64,000 nt of DNA from Mobula hypostoma. Taxonomy: Eukaryota. Where the stretch lies: positions 115,136,001-115,200,000 of the forward strand of contig NC_086097.1 of assembly GCF_963921235.1 (NCBI RefSeq), written 5' to 3'. The translations under genes and the position numbers were made by a program. Shown piece after piece: positions 24,841 through 38,939 of this stretch (within the stretch, counting starts at the first letter, position 1; each line of letters begins with the position of its first letter). The notes beneath the pieces were generated by a model. The model saw only the letters and a list, made by a program, of their open reading frames with translations. It made no database searches and was not told where the DNA came from.

Positions 24841-27320
24841 TAACATCATTTACACCATCATAGCCAGATTACAAACCCAGCACCCGAGTGCCCTCATTAC
24901 CATCTCGGGTGACTTCAACCAGGTTACCATGGCTAGAACACTGCCCAACTTCACGCAGTATGTGAGCTGTACAACCAGAGGGGAGAGGACTCTAGATTTG
25001 ATGTACGCTAACGTTAAGGGTGCATACAGCTCCTCTCCCCTCCCCCCACTGGGAAAGTCAGATTACAACCTGGTGCATCTAAAACCCTGCTACGTGCCTC
25101 TGGTGAGGAGTAAACCTGCAACCTCGAGGACAGTGAGGAAATGGTCGGAGGAGGCTTATGAGGCACTCCAGGGTTGTTTTGAGGTGACAGACTGGCAGGC
25201 ACTCTGTGAGCCACATGGAAAAGATATTGATGGGCTCACAGAATGCATCGCTGATTTCATTAACTTCTGTGTGGACTGCAATGTTCTGACAAGAACTGTC
25301 CTTTGTTATTCAAATAACAAGCCATGGGTGACAAAGGACATTAAGGACCTCCTGAACGCTAAAAAGAGGGTGTCTAGAGATGGAAATAAGGAGGAGCTGA
25401 GGGCAATATAGAGGGACCTGAAAGCCAGGATCAGGGAGGCTAAAGACAGGTACAGGAGGAAGCGTGAGTGGAAACTCCAGCAGAACAACATGAGAGAGGT
25501 CTGGAGGGGGATGAGGACCATCACTGGGTTCCGGCAAACTAGCAACAGGGGAGCTGAAGGCAGTATAGACAGGGCCAACGGACTTAACCTGTTCTTTAAC
25601 AGATTTGACATTGTGACCCCTGCCCATCCCCCACATGAGCCATCTGTTGTCAGCCCCCAACTAACACATATTCCACTTTCCCCTCCTACCCCTCCTCACA
25701 GTCCCCCACCCTGCTCTCATGACTATACAAGAAACCACCACGGTGGGCTTCACGGCTGAACAGGTGAGAAGACAGCTGAAACGTCTCAACCCAAGCAAGG
25801 CTGCAGGACCCGATGGTGTCAGTACCAGGGTGCTTAAAGCCTGTGCCCTTCAGCTATGTGGAGTACTTCGCCATGTATTCAACCTGAGCCTGAGGCTCCG
25901 GAGGGTTCCTGTATTGTGGAAGACGTCCTGCCTCGTCCCTGTGCCGAAGACGCCGTGCCCCAGCGGCCTCAATGACTACAGACCGGTGGCATTGACCTCC
26001 CACATCATGAAGACCCTGGAGAGACTTGTTCTGGAGCTGCTCTGGCCTATGGTCAGGCCACACTTAGATCCCCTCCGGTTCGCCTACCAGTCCCGACTAG
26101 GAGTTGAGGATGCCATCGTCCACCTGCTGAACCGTGTCTATGCCCACCTGGACAAGCCAGCGAGCACTGTGAGGGTCGTGTTTTTTTGACTTCTCCAGTG
26201 CGTTCAACACCATCCGCCCTGCTCTGCTGGGGGAGAAGCTGACAGTGATGCAGGTGGATGCTTCCCTGGTATCATGGATTCTTGATTACCTGACTGGCAG
26301 ACCACAGTACGTGTGCTTGCAACACTGTGTGTCCGACAGAGTGATCAGCAGCACTGGGGCTCCACAGGGGACTGTCTTGTCTCCCTTTCTCTTCACCATT
26401 TACACCTCGGACTTCAACCACTGCACAGAGTCTTGTCATCTTCAGAAGTTTTCTGATGACTCTGCCATAATTGGATGCATCAGCAAGGGAGATGAGGCTG
26501 AGTACAGGGCTACGGTAGGCAACTTTGTCACATGGTGTGAGCAGAATTATCTGCAGCTTAATGTGAAAAAGACTAAGGAGCTGGTGGTAGACCTGAGGAG
26601 AGCTAAGGTACCGGTGACCCCTGTTTCCATCCAGGGGGTCAGTGTGGACATGGCGAAGGATTACAAATACCTGGGGATACGAATTGACAATAAACTGGAC
26701 TGGACTAAGAACACTGAGGCTGTCTACAAGAAGGGTCAGAGCCGTCTCTATTTTCTGAGGAGACTGAGGTCTTCTAACATCTGCTAGTCGATGCTGAGGA
26801 TGCTCTACGAGTCTGTGGTGGCCAGTGCTATCATGTTTGCTGTTGTGTGCTGGGGCAGCAGGCTGAGGGTAGCAGACACCAACAGAATCAACAAACTCAT
26901 TCATAAGGCCAGTGATGTTGTGGGGATGGAACTGGACTCTCTCACGGTGGTGTCTGAAAAGAGAATGCTGTCTAAGTTGCATGCCATCTTGGTCAATGTC
27001 TCCCATCCACTACATAATGTACTGGGTGGGCACAGGAGTACATTCAGCCAGAGACTCATTCCACCGAGGTGCAACACAAAGCGTCATAGGAAGTCATTCC
27101 TGCCTGTGGCCATCAAACTTTACAACTCCTCCCTTGGAGGGTCAGACACCCTGAGCCGATACGCTGGTCCTGGACTTATTTCATAATTTACTGGCATAAT
27201 TTACATATTACTATTTAACTATTCATGGTTCTATTACTACTTATTATTTATGGTGCAACTGTAACGAAAACCAATTTTCCCCAGGATCAATAAAGTATGA
27301 CTATGACTATGACTATGACT
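24841..27320 (+). mobile_element. Rex1/Babar-clade LINE, 5'-truncated, recently inactivated
   Basis: APE endonuclease end (ISGDFN, TLDLMY, LGKSDY), RT (KAAGPDG, NDYRPVALTS, GAPQGTVLSP, QKFSDD), (CTATGA)n tail, possible TSD ACTCA. A few stops and frameshifts. Confidence 0.92.
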
Positions 27321-29674
27321 CAACTCTGCATTTATTGTTAGGGATATTCATAGAATTTATTCCTACATTGACTGTTTAACTCTCCGCTACTGTTAACATT
27401 GGACAGACCAGGGCTGTAGGACCTGATTTGCTCTGCTGTTTGTGATATTGTTCTCTTGCGTGCCAGTTCTGTATAAATTACACTCAGTGGCTGCTTTATT
27501 AGGTACACCCATACCCCTGCTCATGAATGCAAATATCTAATCAGCCAGTCATGTATCTACAAGACCATAAGACATAGGAGCAGAATTAGGCCATCTGGCC
27601 CATCGAGTATGCTCTGCTATTCAATTATGGTTGATCCTTTTTTTCTCCTCCTCAACCCCATTCCCGGCCTTCTCCCAGTAACCTTTGATGCCATGTCCAA
27701 TCAAGAACCTATGATTCTCTGCCTTAAATACACCCAACAACCTGGCCTCTCCAGCTGCATGTGCCAACAATTTCCACAAATTTACCACGCTCTGGCTAAA
27801 GAAATTTCTCCACATTTCTGTTTTGAATGGAAGCCCCTCTATCCTGAGGCTGTGCCCTCTTGTCCTAGATCCTCCCACCATGGGAAACAGCCTTTCCACA
27901 TCTACTCTGTCTAGGCCTTTCAACATTCAAAAGGTTTCAATGAGATCCCCCCTCATCTTTCTAAGTTCCGGTGAGTGCAGGCCCAGTGCCATCAAATGCT
28001 ACTCATTTGATAACCCTTCCATTCCTGCAATCATCCTTGTGAACCTCCTCTGGACCCTCTCCAATGCCAGCACATCTCTTCTAAGATGAGGAGCCCAAAA
28101 CTGTACACAATACTCAAGGTGAAGCCTCACCAGAGCCTTATAAAGCCTCAGCATCACATCTCTGCTGTTGTATTCTAGACCTCTTGAAATGAATGCTAAC
28201 ATTGCATTTGCCTTCCTCACCACCGACTCAACCTGCAAGTTAACTTAGGGTGTTCTGTACAAGGACTCCCAAGTCCCTTTACATCTCAGATTTTTGGATT
28301 TTCTCACTGTTTAGAAAATAGTCTGCACATTTATTTCTACCACCACAGTGCATAACCATGCATTTTCCAATATTTTATTTCATTTGCCACTTTCTTCCCA
28401 TTCTCGAAATCTGTCAAACTCCTTCTGTATCCTACCTGTTTCCTGAACACTACCTGCACCTCCACCAACCTTCATGTCATCTGCAAACTTGGCAATGAGG
28501 CCATCTATTTCATCATCTAAATCATTTATATACAGCATAAAAGGAAGCAGTCCCAAAACTGACTCCTGCGGACAGCTAACCAGACAAAAATCCTTTTATT
28601 CTCACTTGCTGCTTTCTTCCAATCATCCAATGCTCTAACCATCTTAGTAACTTTCCTGTAATACCATGGGCTGTTACCTTGATAAGCATCCTCATGCATG
28701 GCACCTTGTCAAAGGCCTTCTGAAAGTCCAAATATACAACATCCACTGCATCCCCTTTATCTATCTGACTTGTACCCTCCTCAAAGAATTCCAACAGGTT
28801 CGATAGGCAGGATTTTCCCTGAAGGAAACCATGCTGACTTTGTCTCATCTTGTCCTGTGTGACCAAGTACTCCATCACCTCGTCCTTAACAATTGACTCT
28901 AACATCTTTCCAACCACTGAGGTCAGGCTAACTGGTCTATAATTTCCTTTCTGCTGCCTTCCTCCTTTCTCAAAGAGTGGAGTGACATTTGCAATATTCC
29001 AATCTTCTGACACCATGCCAGAGTCCAATGATTTTTAAAAGATCATTTCTAATGCCACTACAATCTCTAACGCTACCTCTTTCAGAACCCTAGGGTGCAG
29101 TTCATCTGGTCCGGGTGACTTACGTACTTTTAGGTCCTTCAGCTTTTTGAGCACCTTCTCTCTTGTAACAGTAACTGCACCCACTTCTCTTCCTTCACAC
29201 ACTACAACATCAGTCATACTGTTGGTTTCTTCCATGGTGAAGACTGATGCAAACTACTCATTTAGTTCATCTGCCATCTCCTTGACCTCTGTTATTATTT
29301 CTCCCGCCTCATTTGTTAGCAATCCTATATCCACTCTCATTTCTCTTTCATTTTTTACATACTTGAAAAAGCTTCTACTAACCACTTTGATATTATTTGC
29401 TCACTTGCTTTCATATTTCATCCTTTCCCTTCTAATAATTCTTTTAGTTGCTCTCTGTAGGTTTTTAAAAACTTCCTAATCTTCTATCTTCCCGCTATTT
29501 TTTGTTTCATTGTATGTCCTCCCTTTTGTTTTTGCATTAGCTTTGACTTCTCTTGTCATCCACGGTTGTACCATTTTGCCTTTTGAGTATTTCTTCACTT
29601 TTGGAATACACATGTCCTGCACCTTCCTCATTTTTCCCAGAAATGCATGCAATTTCTGCTCTGCTAACATCCCT

Positions 29675-29950
29675 ACTGATGCTACCACTAAAATCGAGGT
29701 GAGAAGACTGCAACTAGCGGGGCACTGTCTACGCCACCCCAAGCTACCTGCCAGCCTAGTCATCATATGGGAGCCCAAGCATTGGAGGGTGAACCCTGGG
29801 CACCCTCCCAAGACTATGGTCAGCACGCTCGTAGAAGACAGCGGCGCGGCTAATATAGATGAACTGAACACACTGATGAGGGAGAGGGAGAAGTGGAGAG
29901 TGTTTCATCGTGCCCCTAGGCCTGAGTCGACGTAGTAGTAGTAGTAGTAG
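29675..29950 (+). mobile_element. 5'-truncated RTE-group LINE
   Basis: Perfect 10-bp TSD TAACATCCCT (29665-29674 and 29951-29960), (TAG)6 tail, RRLQLAGHCLRH. Confidence 0.9.
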
Positions 29951-30959
29951 TAACATCCCTGCCAACAGCTCCTTCCAATTTACTTTGGCTAACTCCTCTC
30001 TCATACTACTCTGATTCTCTTACTCAACTGAGTACTGATACATCAGACTTTACTTTCTTCCTATCAAATTTCGAGTTGAACTCAATCATATTGTGATCAC
30101 TGGTTCCAAAGGGTTCTCTTACCTTAAGCTACCTAATCGCCTACGGTTCATTACATAACACCCAGTCCAGTATAGCTGATCCCATAGGAGGCTCAATGAC
30201 AAACTGCTCTAAAAAGTCATCTCTTAGGCATTCAACAATCTCACTCTCTTGAGATCCATTACCAACTTGATTTTCCCAATCAACCTGCATGTTAAAATCT
30301 CCCATGATGACCATAACATTGCCCTTTTGACACACCTTTTCTATTTCCTGTTGTAATCTATTGTCCACCTCCCAGCCACTGTTGGGAGGCCTGTATATAA
30401 CTGCCATCAGGGTCTTTTTACCCTTGCAGTTTCTTAACTCAACCCACAAGGATTCAACATCTTCTGATCCTATGTCACACCTTTCTACTGACTTGATGCC
30501 ATTCTTTACCAGCAGAGCCACGCCACCCCTTCTGCCTTCATTCCTATCCCTCTGATGCAACGTGTAACCTTGGACATTCAGTTCCCAACTATAACCATCC
30601 TACAGCCACGATTCAATCATGGCCAGGATATCATACCTGACTATCTGTAACAGTGCAACAAGATCATCCACTTTTTTTCTTATACTCCACACATTGAGAT
30701 ACAACACCTTGGAGTACCGTTTTTGCTACCCTTTTTTATATTGTGTCCCTAATGTAATGATACTCACCCTGTTGACTGCAACTATGTCCCATCATATGCC
30801 TGCCCTTCCTGACAGTCTGACTGTATGCTACCTTAACTTTGTTACCATCTGTCCTAGTCTGAGTCCCATCACTCCGGTTCCCCCGCCCCTCCCCACCCAC
30901 CAAATTAGTTTAAACCTTCCCCAACAGCTCTAACAAACCTGCCCACGAGAATATTGGAT

Positions 30960-33900
30960 TTGGATCCAATCGCTTTGTGGATCCAGAGCGGGCTTGCTCA
31001 CAAAATCAAAGAGTGGTTGTAGATGGGATATATTCTGCATGGAGGTTGGTGACCAGTGGTGTGCCTCAGGGACCTGGTCTGGGACCCCTACTCTTCGTGA
31101 TTTCTATAAATGACCTGGAGGAGGAAGTGGAGGGATGAGTTAGTAAATTTGCTGATGACACAAAGGTTGGGGGTGTTGTGGATAGTGTGGAGGGCTGTCA
31201 GAGGTCACAGCACGACATCGATAGGGTGCAAAAACTGGTCTGAGAAGTGGCAGATGGAGTTCAACCCAGATAAGTGTGAGGTGGTTCATTTTGGTAGGTC
31301 AAATATGATGGCAGAATATAGTATTAATATTAAGTCTCTTGGCAGTGTGGAGGATCAGAGAGATCTTGGGGTTCGAGTCCATAGGACACTCAAAGCTGCT
31401 ACGCAAGTTGACTCTGTGGTTAAGAAGGCATACAGTGCATTGGCCTTAATCAATCGTGGGATTGAGTTTAAGAGCTGAAAGGTAATGTTGTAGCTATATA
31501 GGACCCTGGTCAGGTCCCACTTGGAGTACTGTGCTCAGTTCTGGTTATTTCACTACAGGAAAGATGTGAAAACTATAGAAGGGGTGCAGAGGAGATTTAC
31601 AAGGATGTTGCCTGGATTGGGGGGCCATGCGTTATGAGAATAGGTTGAGTGAACTCGGCCTTTTCTCCTTGGAATGATGGAGGGTGAGAGGTGACCTGAT
31701 AGAGGTGTATAATATGATGAGAGGCATTGATCGTGTGGATAGTCAGAGGCTTTTTCCCAGGGCTGAAATGGGTATCACGAGAGGGCACAGTTTTAAGGTG
31801 CTTGGAATTAGGCACAGAGAAGAGGTCAGGGGTAATTTGTTTTACGCAGAGAGTGGTAAGTGCATGAAATGGGCTGCCAGCAATGGTGGTGGCAGCAGAT
31901 ACGATTGGGTCTTTTAAGACACTCTTGGATAGGTACATGGAGCTTAGAAAAATAGAGGGCTATGGGTAACCTTATATCCAGGTGCAGACTGTAATAGTGA
32001 CTATAACCCAATAGTATGTCATGTAAAAGTAAACCTTAAAAAACTAAAGAAGCAAATACCTGAACAATCCCTTGACTACTTGTAATTAATTAAAGAAGAT
32101 AACTTAAGACACAAATTTACAATTGAAGTAAGGAATAGATTTCAAAGTCTAGAAATAGAACCTGTTGAAGATGATAGCAATCATGTAGAAATGAAATTTA
32201 ACTCTCTAAAAGATGCCTTGGTAGAATCAGCAAAGTCAGTGATTCCTAAGAAAGAAAAAAACACAAAGAATAAATGGATGACAGATGAAATCAAAAATCT
32301 AATGGAAGAAAGGAGATGGAAGAAAGCAAATACTATAGAATATAAATCCTTAGATAAAAAGTTAAAAGCTTATGTCAAAAAACCAAAGGAGAATGGTTAA
32401 ACCAGGAATGTGAGCAAACAGAAAGAATCCCTATTACTGATCCAAAAAGGGTGCATCAACAAATCAAGAATATCACTGGTAAAAAGCTCCCCTGTGCCTC
32501 AGGTGGATGTTTGAATGCAAAGGACGGTACCATTATCATGAAAAAAGATGGGATATGAACAGATGGACTGAATATATTCAGGAATTGTTGAAGATGATCC
32601 AGGCGAAAAACCAGAAATTAAGAAAAACATTGAAGATCCAAGTATTTTAAAATCTGAAGTTCATAATGCAATAAATAAGATGAAGAAAGGAAAGGCAGCA
32701 GGTCCTGATGAATTAGTAATAGAACAAATTATTGCCCTTGAAGATTATGGAATTGAGAAACTTACTGATTTAATCAATGACATTTATGAGACTGGAATAA
32801 TACCAGAAGAGATGAAAAAATCAGTATTTATCACTCGTCCTAAGAAAGCTGGAGCAATAGAATGTGAATTACATAGGACCATAAGTTTAATGACTCATAT
32901 CACTAAGATACTTCTAAGAATTTTGATGACAAGAGGTAAAAGTAAGATACAAGCTGAAGTAGACAAAGAACAATGTGGTTTTGTGAAAGATGAAGGTACA
33001 AGAAACGCAATATTGATTTTAAGGATACTATCAGAACGAGCTATTCAAGTGCAAAAAGATTTGTTTGTTTGTTTTATCGACTACACAAAAACATTTGATA
33101 AAGTGAAGAACAATAAGTTATTTGAAATATTACAGAAAACTCTAGATCTAAATTCTAAAGACCTCCGCCTAATCAGAAATCTGTACTGGGAACAAACTGC
33201 CACTGTAAGAATAGATGGAGAAGTGAGTCAGTTTACAAAAACCAAGAGAGGCATTAGACAAGAGTGTGTTTTCTCCCCTGATTTATTTAATATGTACAGT
33301 GAAACAACATTACAAAAAATAAGAGACATCTTGAGAATCAAAGATGGCGGTGAAAACATCAATAATTTCAGATATGCAGATGAGACTGTGTTCATTGCAA
33401 GTACGGAGGAAGAACTACAAAACTTAATTGTTATAATTGTTGAAGAAAGTGCAAAAATGGGTCTATCTATCAATTGCAAAAAGACAGAATGTATGGTGAT
33501 ATCCAAAAAGAAGGAGAATCCTATCTGCAGGCTTAGAATAAACGGAGAAGACATAAAACAAGTAAAGAACTTTGGCTACTGTGGAAGCTGGGTGACATCA
33601 GATGGCAGGTGCGACTTGGACATCAAAAGAATAGGGATGGCAAAAGACACCTTTACGAGAATGAAGAGTAAACTAACCAATACTAAACTAGGCATGGCAA
33701 CCCGCCTCAGACTACTGAAATGTTATGTTTATCTAGTTATGTTATATAGCTCAGAATGTTGGACAATATCTAGTAACATGAGGAAACGAATTGTAGCAGC
33801 AGAAATGTAGTTTTTGAGAAGGATGCAGAGAATATCATGGACAAAACAAATATCTAACGAGGATGTCATGAACAGAGCAAATACAAAAAGAGAAATAATG

Positions 33901-34245
33901 TCTGAGATCATGAAAAGGCAATGTCACTTCATTGGACATGTGATTAGGAAAGAGGTGTTAGAATGCACGGTAATTACGGGAAAAATTGAAGGGAAGAAGG
34001 CAAGAGGAAGACAAAGACAAATGATGATGGAGACAGCAGCCAGAGAATTGGAAATGAATACCAATGAATTGATCCACTTGACCCGAAACAGGAGTGTGTG
34101 GGCCATGACAGGCAAAGCTCAAACTGGGCATGGCACCTGACGATGATGATGATGGATAACCTGAGGTAATTTCTAAGTTAGTATATGTTTGGCACAGCAT
34201 TGTGGGCCAAAGGGCCTGTATTGTGCTGTAGATTTTCTATGTTTC
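30960..34245 (+). mobile_element. 5'-truncated CR1/HER1-type LINE inside the minus CR1
   Basis: SGVPQG, SKFADDTK, WQMEFNPDKCEV, RGDLIEVY. Its 3' UTR resumes at 34152 after the RTE insertion. Confidence 0.88.
31973..34151 (+). mobile_element. RTE-clade LINE, 5'-truncated
   Basis: YPGADCNSDY (APE end); ORF 32680-33810 with KAAGPD, CFIDYTKTFDKV, RYADET; 33814-34140 with GKIEGKKARGRQR; (GAT)n tail; TSD ATGG(G/A)TAACCT at 31962-31972 and 34152-34162. Confidence 0.93.
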
Positions 34246-35096
34246 CGAAGTGTTGTGGACATGATCTGAAATGTCCCTAACCCTATCATCTGTGTGTCCT
34301 GTTCACGTCCACAGAATCTCATGTCCCCTCACTATTGAGTCCCCTATCACTATCACTCCCTTCCTCTCTCTCTTTCCTTTCTGCACCACGGACCCATGCT
34401 CAGTGCCTGTAACCTGGTCACTGTGGCATTCTCCCAGGAGGTCATCCCCCACAAAAGTATCCAAAGTGGAATACTTATTTTTGAGGGGAATGGCCACAGG
34501 TGTGCTCCGCTCTAACTGCCTATTCACATTTCCATTCCTCCTGACAGTCACCCAGCTACTCATCTCCTGCAACTTCGGGGTGACTACTTCCCTGAAACTT
34601 TGATCGATTATCTCCTCCCTCCCCCGTACAAGCCGAAGGTCATCCAGCTGCTGCTCCAGATTTCTAACACGGTCTTCAAGGAGCTGCAGCTGGATGCATT
34701 TCACACAGATGTAGCTCCCTGGTAAACTCTGGGTTTCCCAGGACTCCAACATCCACATGAAGAACATAAAACCACCATTTACTACACCGGGTATAATAAG
34801 AGAAAAACAAAAAGAAATCCTTAACAGAAGCTTACCCAGAGCCAACGCCTCCTCTGAGCTGAAGCCTCCTTCGAGCCAAAGCCTGACGCTTCTACTCTCG
34901 CCACTGGCCTACTCCCGACAATGGCCATTCCACTTGTCCGTCCTGTACTTTTATTTAGTTGCATTGCTCTGTACCCGCTGCCGATAGGTCTTCTGCAATG
35001 GCCAAACGCCCGCGAAGCTTTCTTTTAAAACAAGCGTCGCCGATCTGTGAGAAACCTCCTTGCAGTGCTGAATGTGGCAGAAACTCAATGCATAAA

Positions 35097-36026
35097 TGCG
35101 TACCTGCATTTAACACCAATACCATCGTCAAATTTGCAGACGACACAACAGTGATCGGGTTGATCTCCAACAGAGACGAATCAGCGTACAGATCAGAGGT
35201 ACGGAACTTAGTGAGCTGGTGCTCAGAGAACAACCTGTCTCTTAATACAGCAAAGACGAAGGAGCTAATTATCAATTTTGGAAAGTCACAGGATGACGAG
35301 TACGCCCCAGTCTACATTAACAGAGACATAGTGGAGAGAGTGTCCAGTTTCAGGTTTCTGGGAATACATATCTCAGAAGACCTTACATGGTCCACTAACA
35401 CCACTACAATAGTTAAGAAAGCACAGCAACGCTTGTTTTCCCTCAGGACGCTGAAGAAAGCTGGTCTACCTGAACAGATGCTGGTGACCTTTCACTGCTG
35501 CACCATAGAGAGCATCTTAACATACTGCATCTCTGTGTGGTATCTCAGTTGTACAGCAGCTGATGGGAAAGCACTTCAGCGGGTCGTCTTTAGCGCACAG
35601 AAGATCATCGGGACACAGCTTCCAGCCCTGGAGGACACCTACAGCTCTCGCTACCTAAGCAAAGCTACAAACTTCTGTAAGGACAATACACACCCATGTT
35701 ATCATCTGTTTGAACTTCTTCCATCTGGCAGATGTTATAAGATTTTCTATGCCCGCTCTTCCAGACTGAAAAATAGCTTTATCCCCAGAGCTATAACTGC
35801 TCTGAACCAATCGATCAAGCATCATCCGTAAATTTGTTATATGCTACTTTAATACTGGTTTTATGGTTGCTGGTTGTACTGGCTGGTTACTTGATTTTAT
35901 TTATTATTTATTTATTTTATTTGTTGTTTTATAGCATTGAGTATGGGAGTTGCAAACTCATTTTCGCTGTATTGGTGCATGACAAATTTTACTATGCAAT
36001 GACAATAAAGATATTTCATTTCACTT
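35097..36026 (+). mobile_element. Rex1-type LINE, 5'-truncated, open RT C-terminal frame
   Basis: VKFADDTTVIGLI, LNTAKTKEL, KKAQQRL, open to 35831; TSD CATAAA at 35091 and 36027. Confidence 0.9.
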
Positions 36027-36514
36027 CATAAAAGCATGCAGACATGGTCAAAAGTTTCATTACTGTTCAGACCAAATTTCAGAATGGGGAACAAATGTGA
36101 TCTAAATGACTTTGACCACGGAATGACTGTTGGTGACAGACGGGGTGGTTTGACTATCTCAAAAACTGATTTCCCGTGATTTTCGCACACAGCAGTATGT
36201 AAAGTTTACAAAAAATGTTGTGAAAAACATAAAGAAACAGCCAGTGAGTAGTGGTTCTGTTGGTGAAAATGCAGTGTTGATGAGGGAGTTCAGAGGAGAA
36301 TAGCCAGACTGGTTCAAATTGACAGGAAGGCAACAGTACCTCAAATAACCATGTGTTACATCAGTGGCATGTTGAAGAGCATCTCTAAAATCATAACACG
36401 TCGAACTCTGAAGCAGATGGGCTGCAGCATTGGAAGACCATGAACATATACTCAGTGGCCTCTTTATCAGGTACAGGACGTATCTAGTAAAATAGCTACA
36501 GAGTATATCTTATA

Positions 36515-36992
36515 AACATGAGAACATCTGCAGATGCTGGAAATCGAAAGCAACCCACACACAATTCTGGAGGGACTCAGCAGGTCAGGCAAAACTTATG
36601 GAAATGAATAAACAGTCAACGTTTCGGGCCGAGACCCTTCCTCAGCATTGAAATGGAAGTGGGAAGACGCCAAATAAAAAGGTGGGTGGAGGGGAAGGAG
36701 GCTAACTAGAAGGTGATAGGTGAAGCCAAGTGGGTGGGAAAGGTAAAGGTTGGAGAAGAAGGAATCTGACAGGAGAACAGAGTGGACTATAGGAGAAAGG
36801 GAAGGAGGAAGGGACACAGGGGGGCATGATAGGCAGCTGAGAAGAGGTCAAAGGCCAGAGTGGGAAATAGATGAAGAAGGAAAATAAAATTCTCTCCAGA
36901 AGGAGAAATTGATATTTGTGCTATCATGTTGGAGGCTACCAAGATGGAATATACTGTGTTGCTCCCCCACCTTGAGAGTGGCCTTATCTTGG
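36515..36992 (-). mobile_element. Penelope-like element 3' end (GIY-YIG C-terminus plus pseudo-LTR)
   Basis: Minus ~36898-36992 translates ATLKVGEQHSIFHLGSLQHDSTNINFS, matching the PLE EQxxIxxLGxLxPxGxN terminus, then a pyrimidine-rich UTR and a hammerhead motif. Confidence 0.85.
36613..36650 (-). ncRNA. Minimal hammerhead ribozyme motif
   Basis: Minus: CAATG-CTGAGGA-A-GGGTCTCGGCCC-GAAAC-GTT-GACTG. Core and helix II intact, helix I partly mismatched. Confidence 0.65.
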
Positions 36993-38939
36993 TGTGGGCT
37001 GCTCTTCAAAGTTTAGGTATGAGGAGGTGTCTGAAAGTTGCTGCCTGGCCTTAGCAAGGTAGAGTGTATCCTGCCACTTTGTAATGCAAGTATACCTCTG
37101 TTAGTTTGTCACCTCCTGTCTGAAGTACATCATTACCTCAGATAGTTCTTAATGAACCAGATTTGATCCCCTGCCTTGATGACAATGATAGATTAGTCTA
37201 GAGAAAGCTGAGTGTAGTTCACAACATTTCACTGATCCACATTTTTGAACCGTTAGATGTGCCTGAATCGATTCCCTTTTGTAGTATAATGCAATGCTAC
37301 ACAAATTGATGAAGCTTGTACTTGATATGAAGATTGGACTGTGTCAATGTTGCTATTAATAGGTGGGCATATATTTGAGTAGATCAGTTAATGTACTGTT
37401 GCTGTTTTGTTGTTTATTGCGTTCTGTGTTGTTCTGCTGAATGTTGTGGGCATGCTATTTTCTCACTGGAATGTGTGGCAAGAATTGTGGGCTGTCTCCA
37501 CCACATTCTTAGGTACCGGTCGTTAACGCAAATGACGTCTTCCACTGCATGTTTTGCTGAACATATAATAAATGAATCTGTATCTAATCTCAGCAGGATT
37601 TGATCTCATCTGATCTCTTTGTTGATGGATTAACTTTATCTAGTCAAGCAGTACAATTCAACAGCCATTGGCCAACATGACCAGTAGCAGTACAACTGAG
37701 GATCTCCTGAGGATGGAGAAGACATTCTGACTCTTCACATGAAGAGTGATTCTTGCAAGTGGTAGTCAGCTGGAGTATTGCTTCATGGCTGAGCAAAAGC
37801 TAAAGGTAGTATTCAGCAAGGAGAATTTCCATGTCGTTTCTGAAACAGTCCATGAGTCTCATGTCAAAATGGATTGCTAGACGCCCCCTGACTGTACGTC
37901 ACTATGCCACCACTTCTGATCCCAACAAGATAGAACAGACAAGGGACCATGATGCAGGAGACAGGGAACAATTTGGAACATCAGCAAATAATATGATTTT
38001 TAGTTTTAGACTATGATCAAAGAATCATCTTTTTAGCAGAAGTTCAAAAGGTTATTTAACTAGTCACTGGGTGTTCATGAAGGCAAAGCAAGGACAACCT
38101 TGTCAGATTTGTCTTCTTATTTCCCTGAATGATTATGTGTTTTCTCTACAGTTATATCTTGACACAACAGCTGAGGAATCTGATCACCACAGCAAATGGT
38201 ATTTGAAGAGCAAGCACGTTGATAAGGGTTGGACTCACGTGAACAAAGACGGCAAATCAAATAAGGAGAGGAATTTTCTGCCTTAATGTCAATGGGCTTT
38301 TAAAATAAACTAGTGGTTCACTGCTATCACTATTGATTTTAACATTTTATCTGAGATTATTTAACTAATCAAATTTAAATTCCCCAGTTGCCATGTTGGG
38401 ATTTAGTCAAAGCCTCAGGATTATTCATCTAAATGTTTGCACCACCATACTGAATTATGGACTAATTCTTAAACTCTTTCCCAAGAATAGTGCATATTGA
38501 ATGAAAATCACAATAACTGCTATTGCTGAAAATCTACAATAAAAACAGAAAATGACAGAAATTCTCAGCAGGTCAGGAATTGTCCATGGAAAAAGTGAGT
38601 TAATGCTTCAGGCTGGACTTTTGTAATAGACATTAGTCATCTCCAGATTAAGATTGGTCGTGACTCCTTGGACTTAGTCAGAAGTTCAGTCAGTTGAACA
38701 GGATGTGACCTCTCTCTAGCCTCCAAAATATTTTAGTAGTTTCATATCTAGTGAAAGTTGGAAAAGTAATTAACTTCAAATAGTCAAGAAACAAGATATT
38801 ATTGTTCATGGAAATGAATCTAAATTGTAAACTTAGTTAGGGATCTAGTAAGGCAGAGGAGTGAAAACTGGCACGTGTTTGAAGTAGGAGTGACTAACGG
38901 TGCATTTGGACTGGGGATTCAACCATTCACTATCTGATT

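Larger units (their letters stand above)
27555..35071 (-). mobile_element. Near full-length decayed CR1/HER1-type LINE
   Basis: ORF1 (34303-34845: C-x2-C, GDSIVRG), APE (30141-30560: YRPP, MGDFN, ILDWV), RT (28576-29028: GNYRPVSLTS, LDFQKAFDKV), CTTATGGT-type tail at ~27560. ATGT duplicated at both ends. Confidence 0.9.
27481..36505 (+). mobile_element. Non-autonomous Tc1-type element split into three pieces (27481-27554, 35072-35096, 36027-36505)
   Basis: TA|CACTCAGTGGCTGCTTTATTAGGTAC left TIR; degenerate right TIR followed by TA at 36506. HTH-region remnant DLNDFDHGMTVGDRRGGLTISKT. Confidence 0.8.

Noticed and set aside
26272..27006. 244-aa minus-strand ORF
   Set aside because: Antisense shadow of the Rex1 RT frame; no independent motifs.
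34959..35831. 290-aa ORF as a novel gene
   Set aside because: Chance read-through from antisense CR1 5' UTR and a Tc1 fragment into a truncated Rex1 RT.
37000..38020. Unique coding-like DNA, possibly viral accessory genes
   Set aside because: The minus strand shows traces of a LINE endonuclease (RSGGIVTYS), so it is more likely an old LINE; too decayed to list as a feature.
38152..38198. Plus-strand exon candidate (also ~6520, ~10239, ~14873)
   Set aside because: Plausible acceptors but weak donors and no recognisable peptide.
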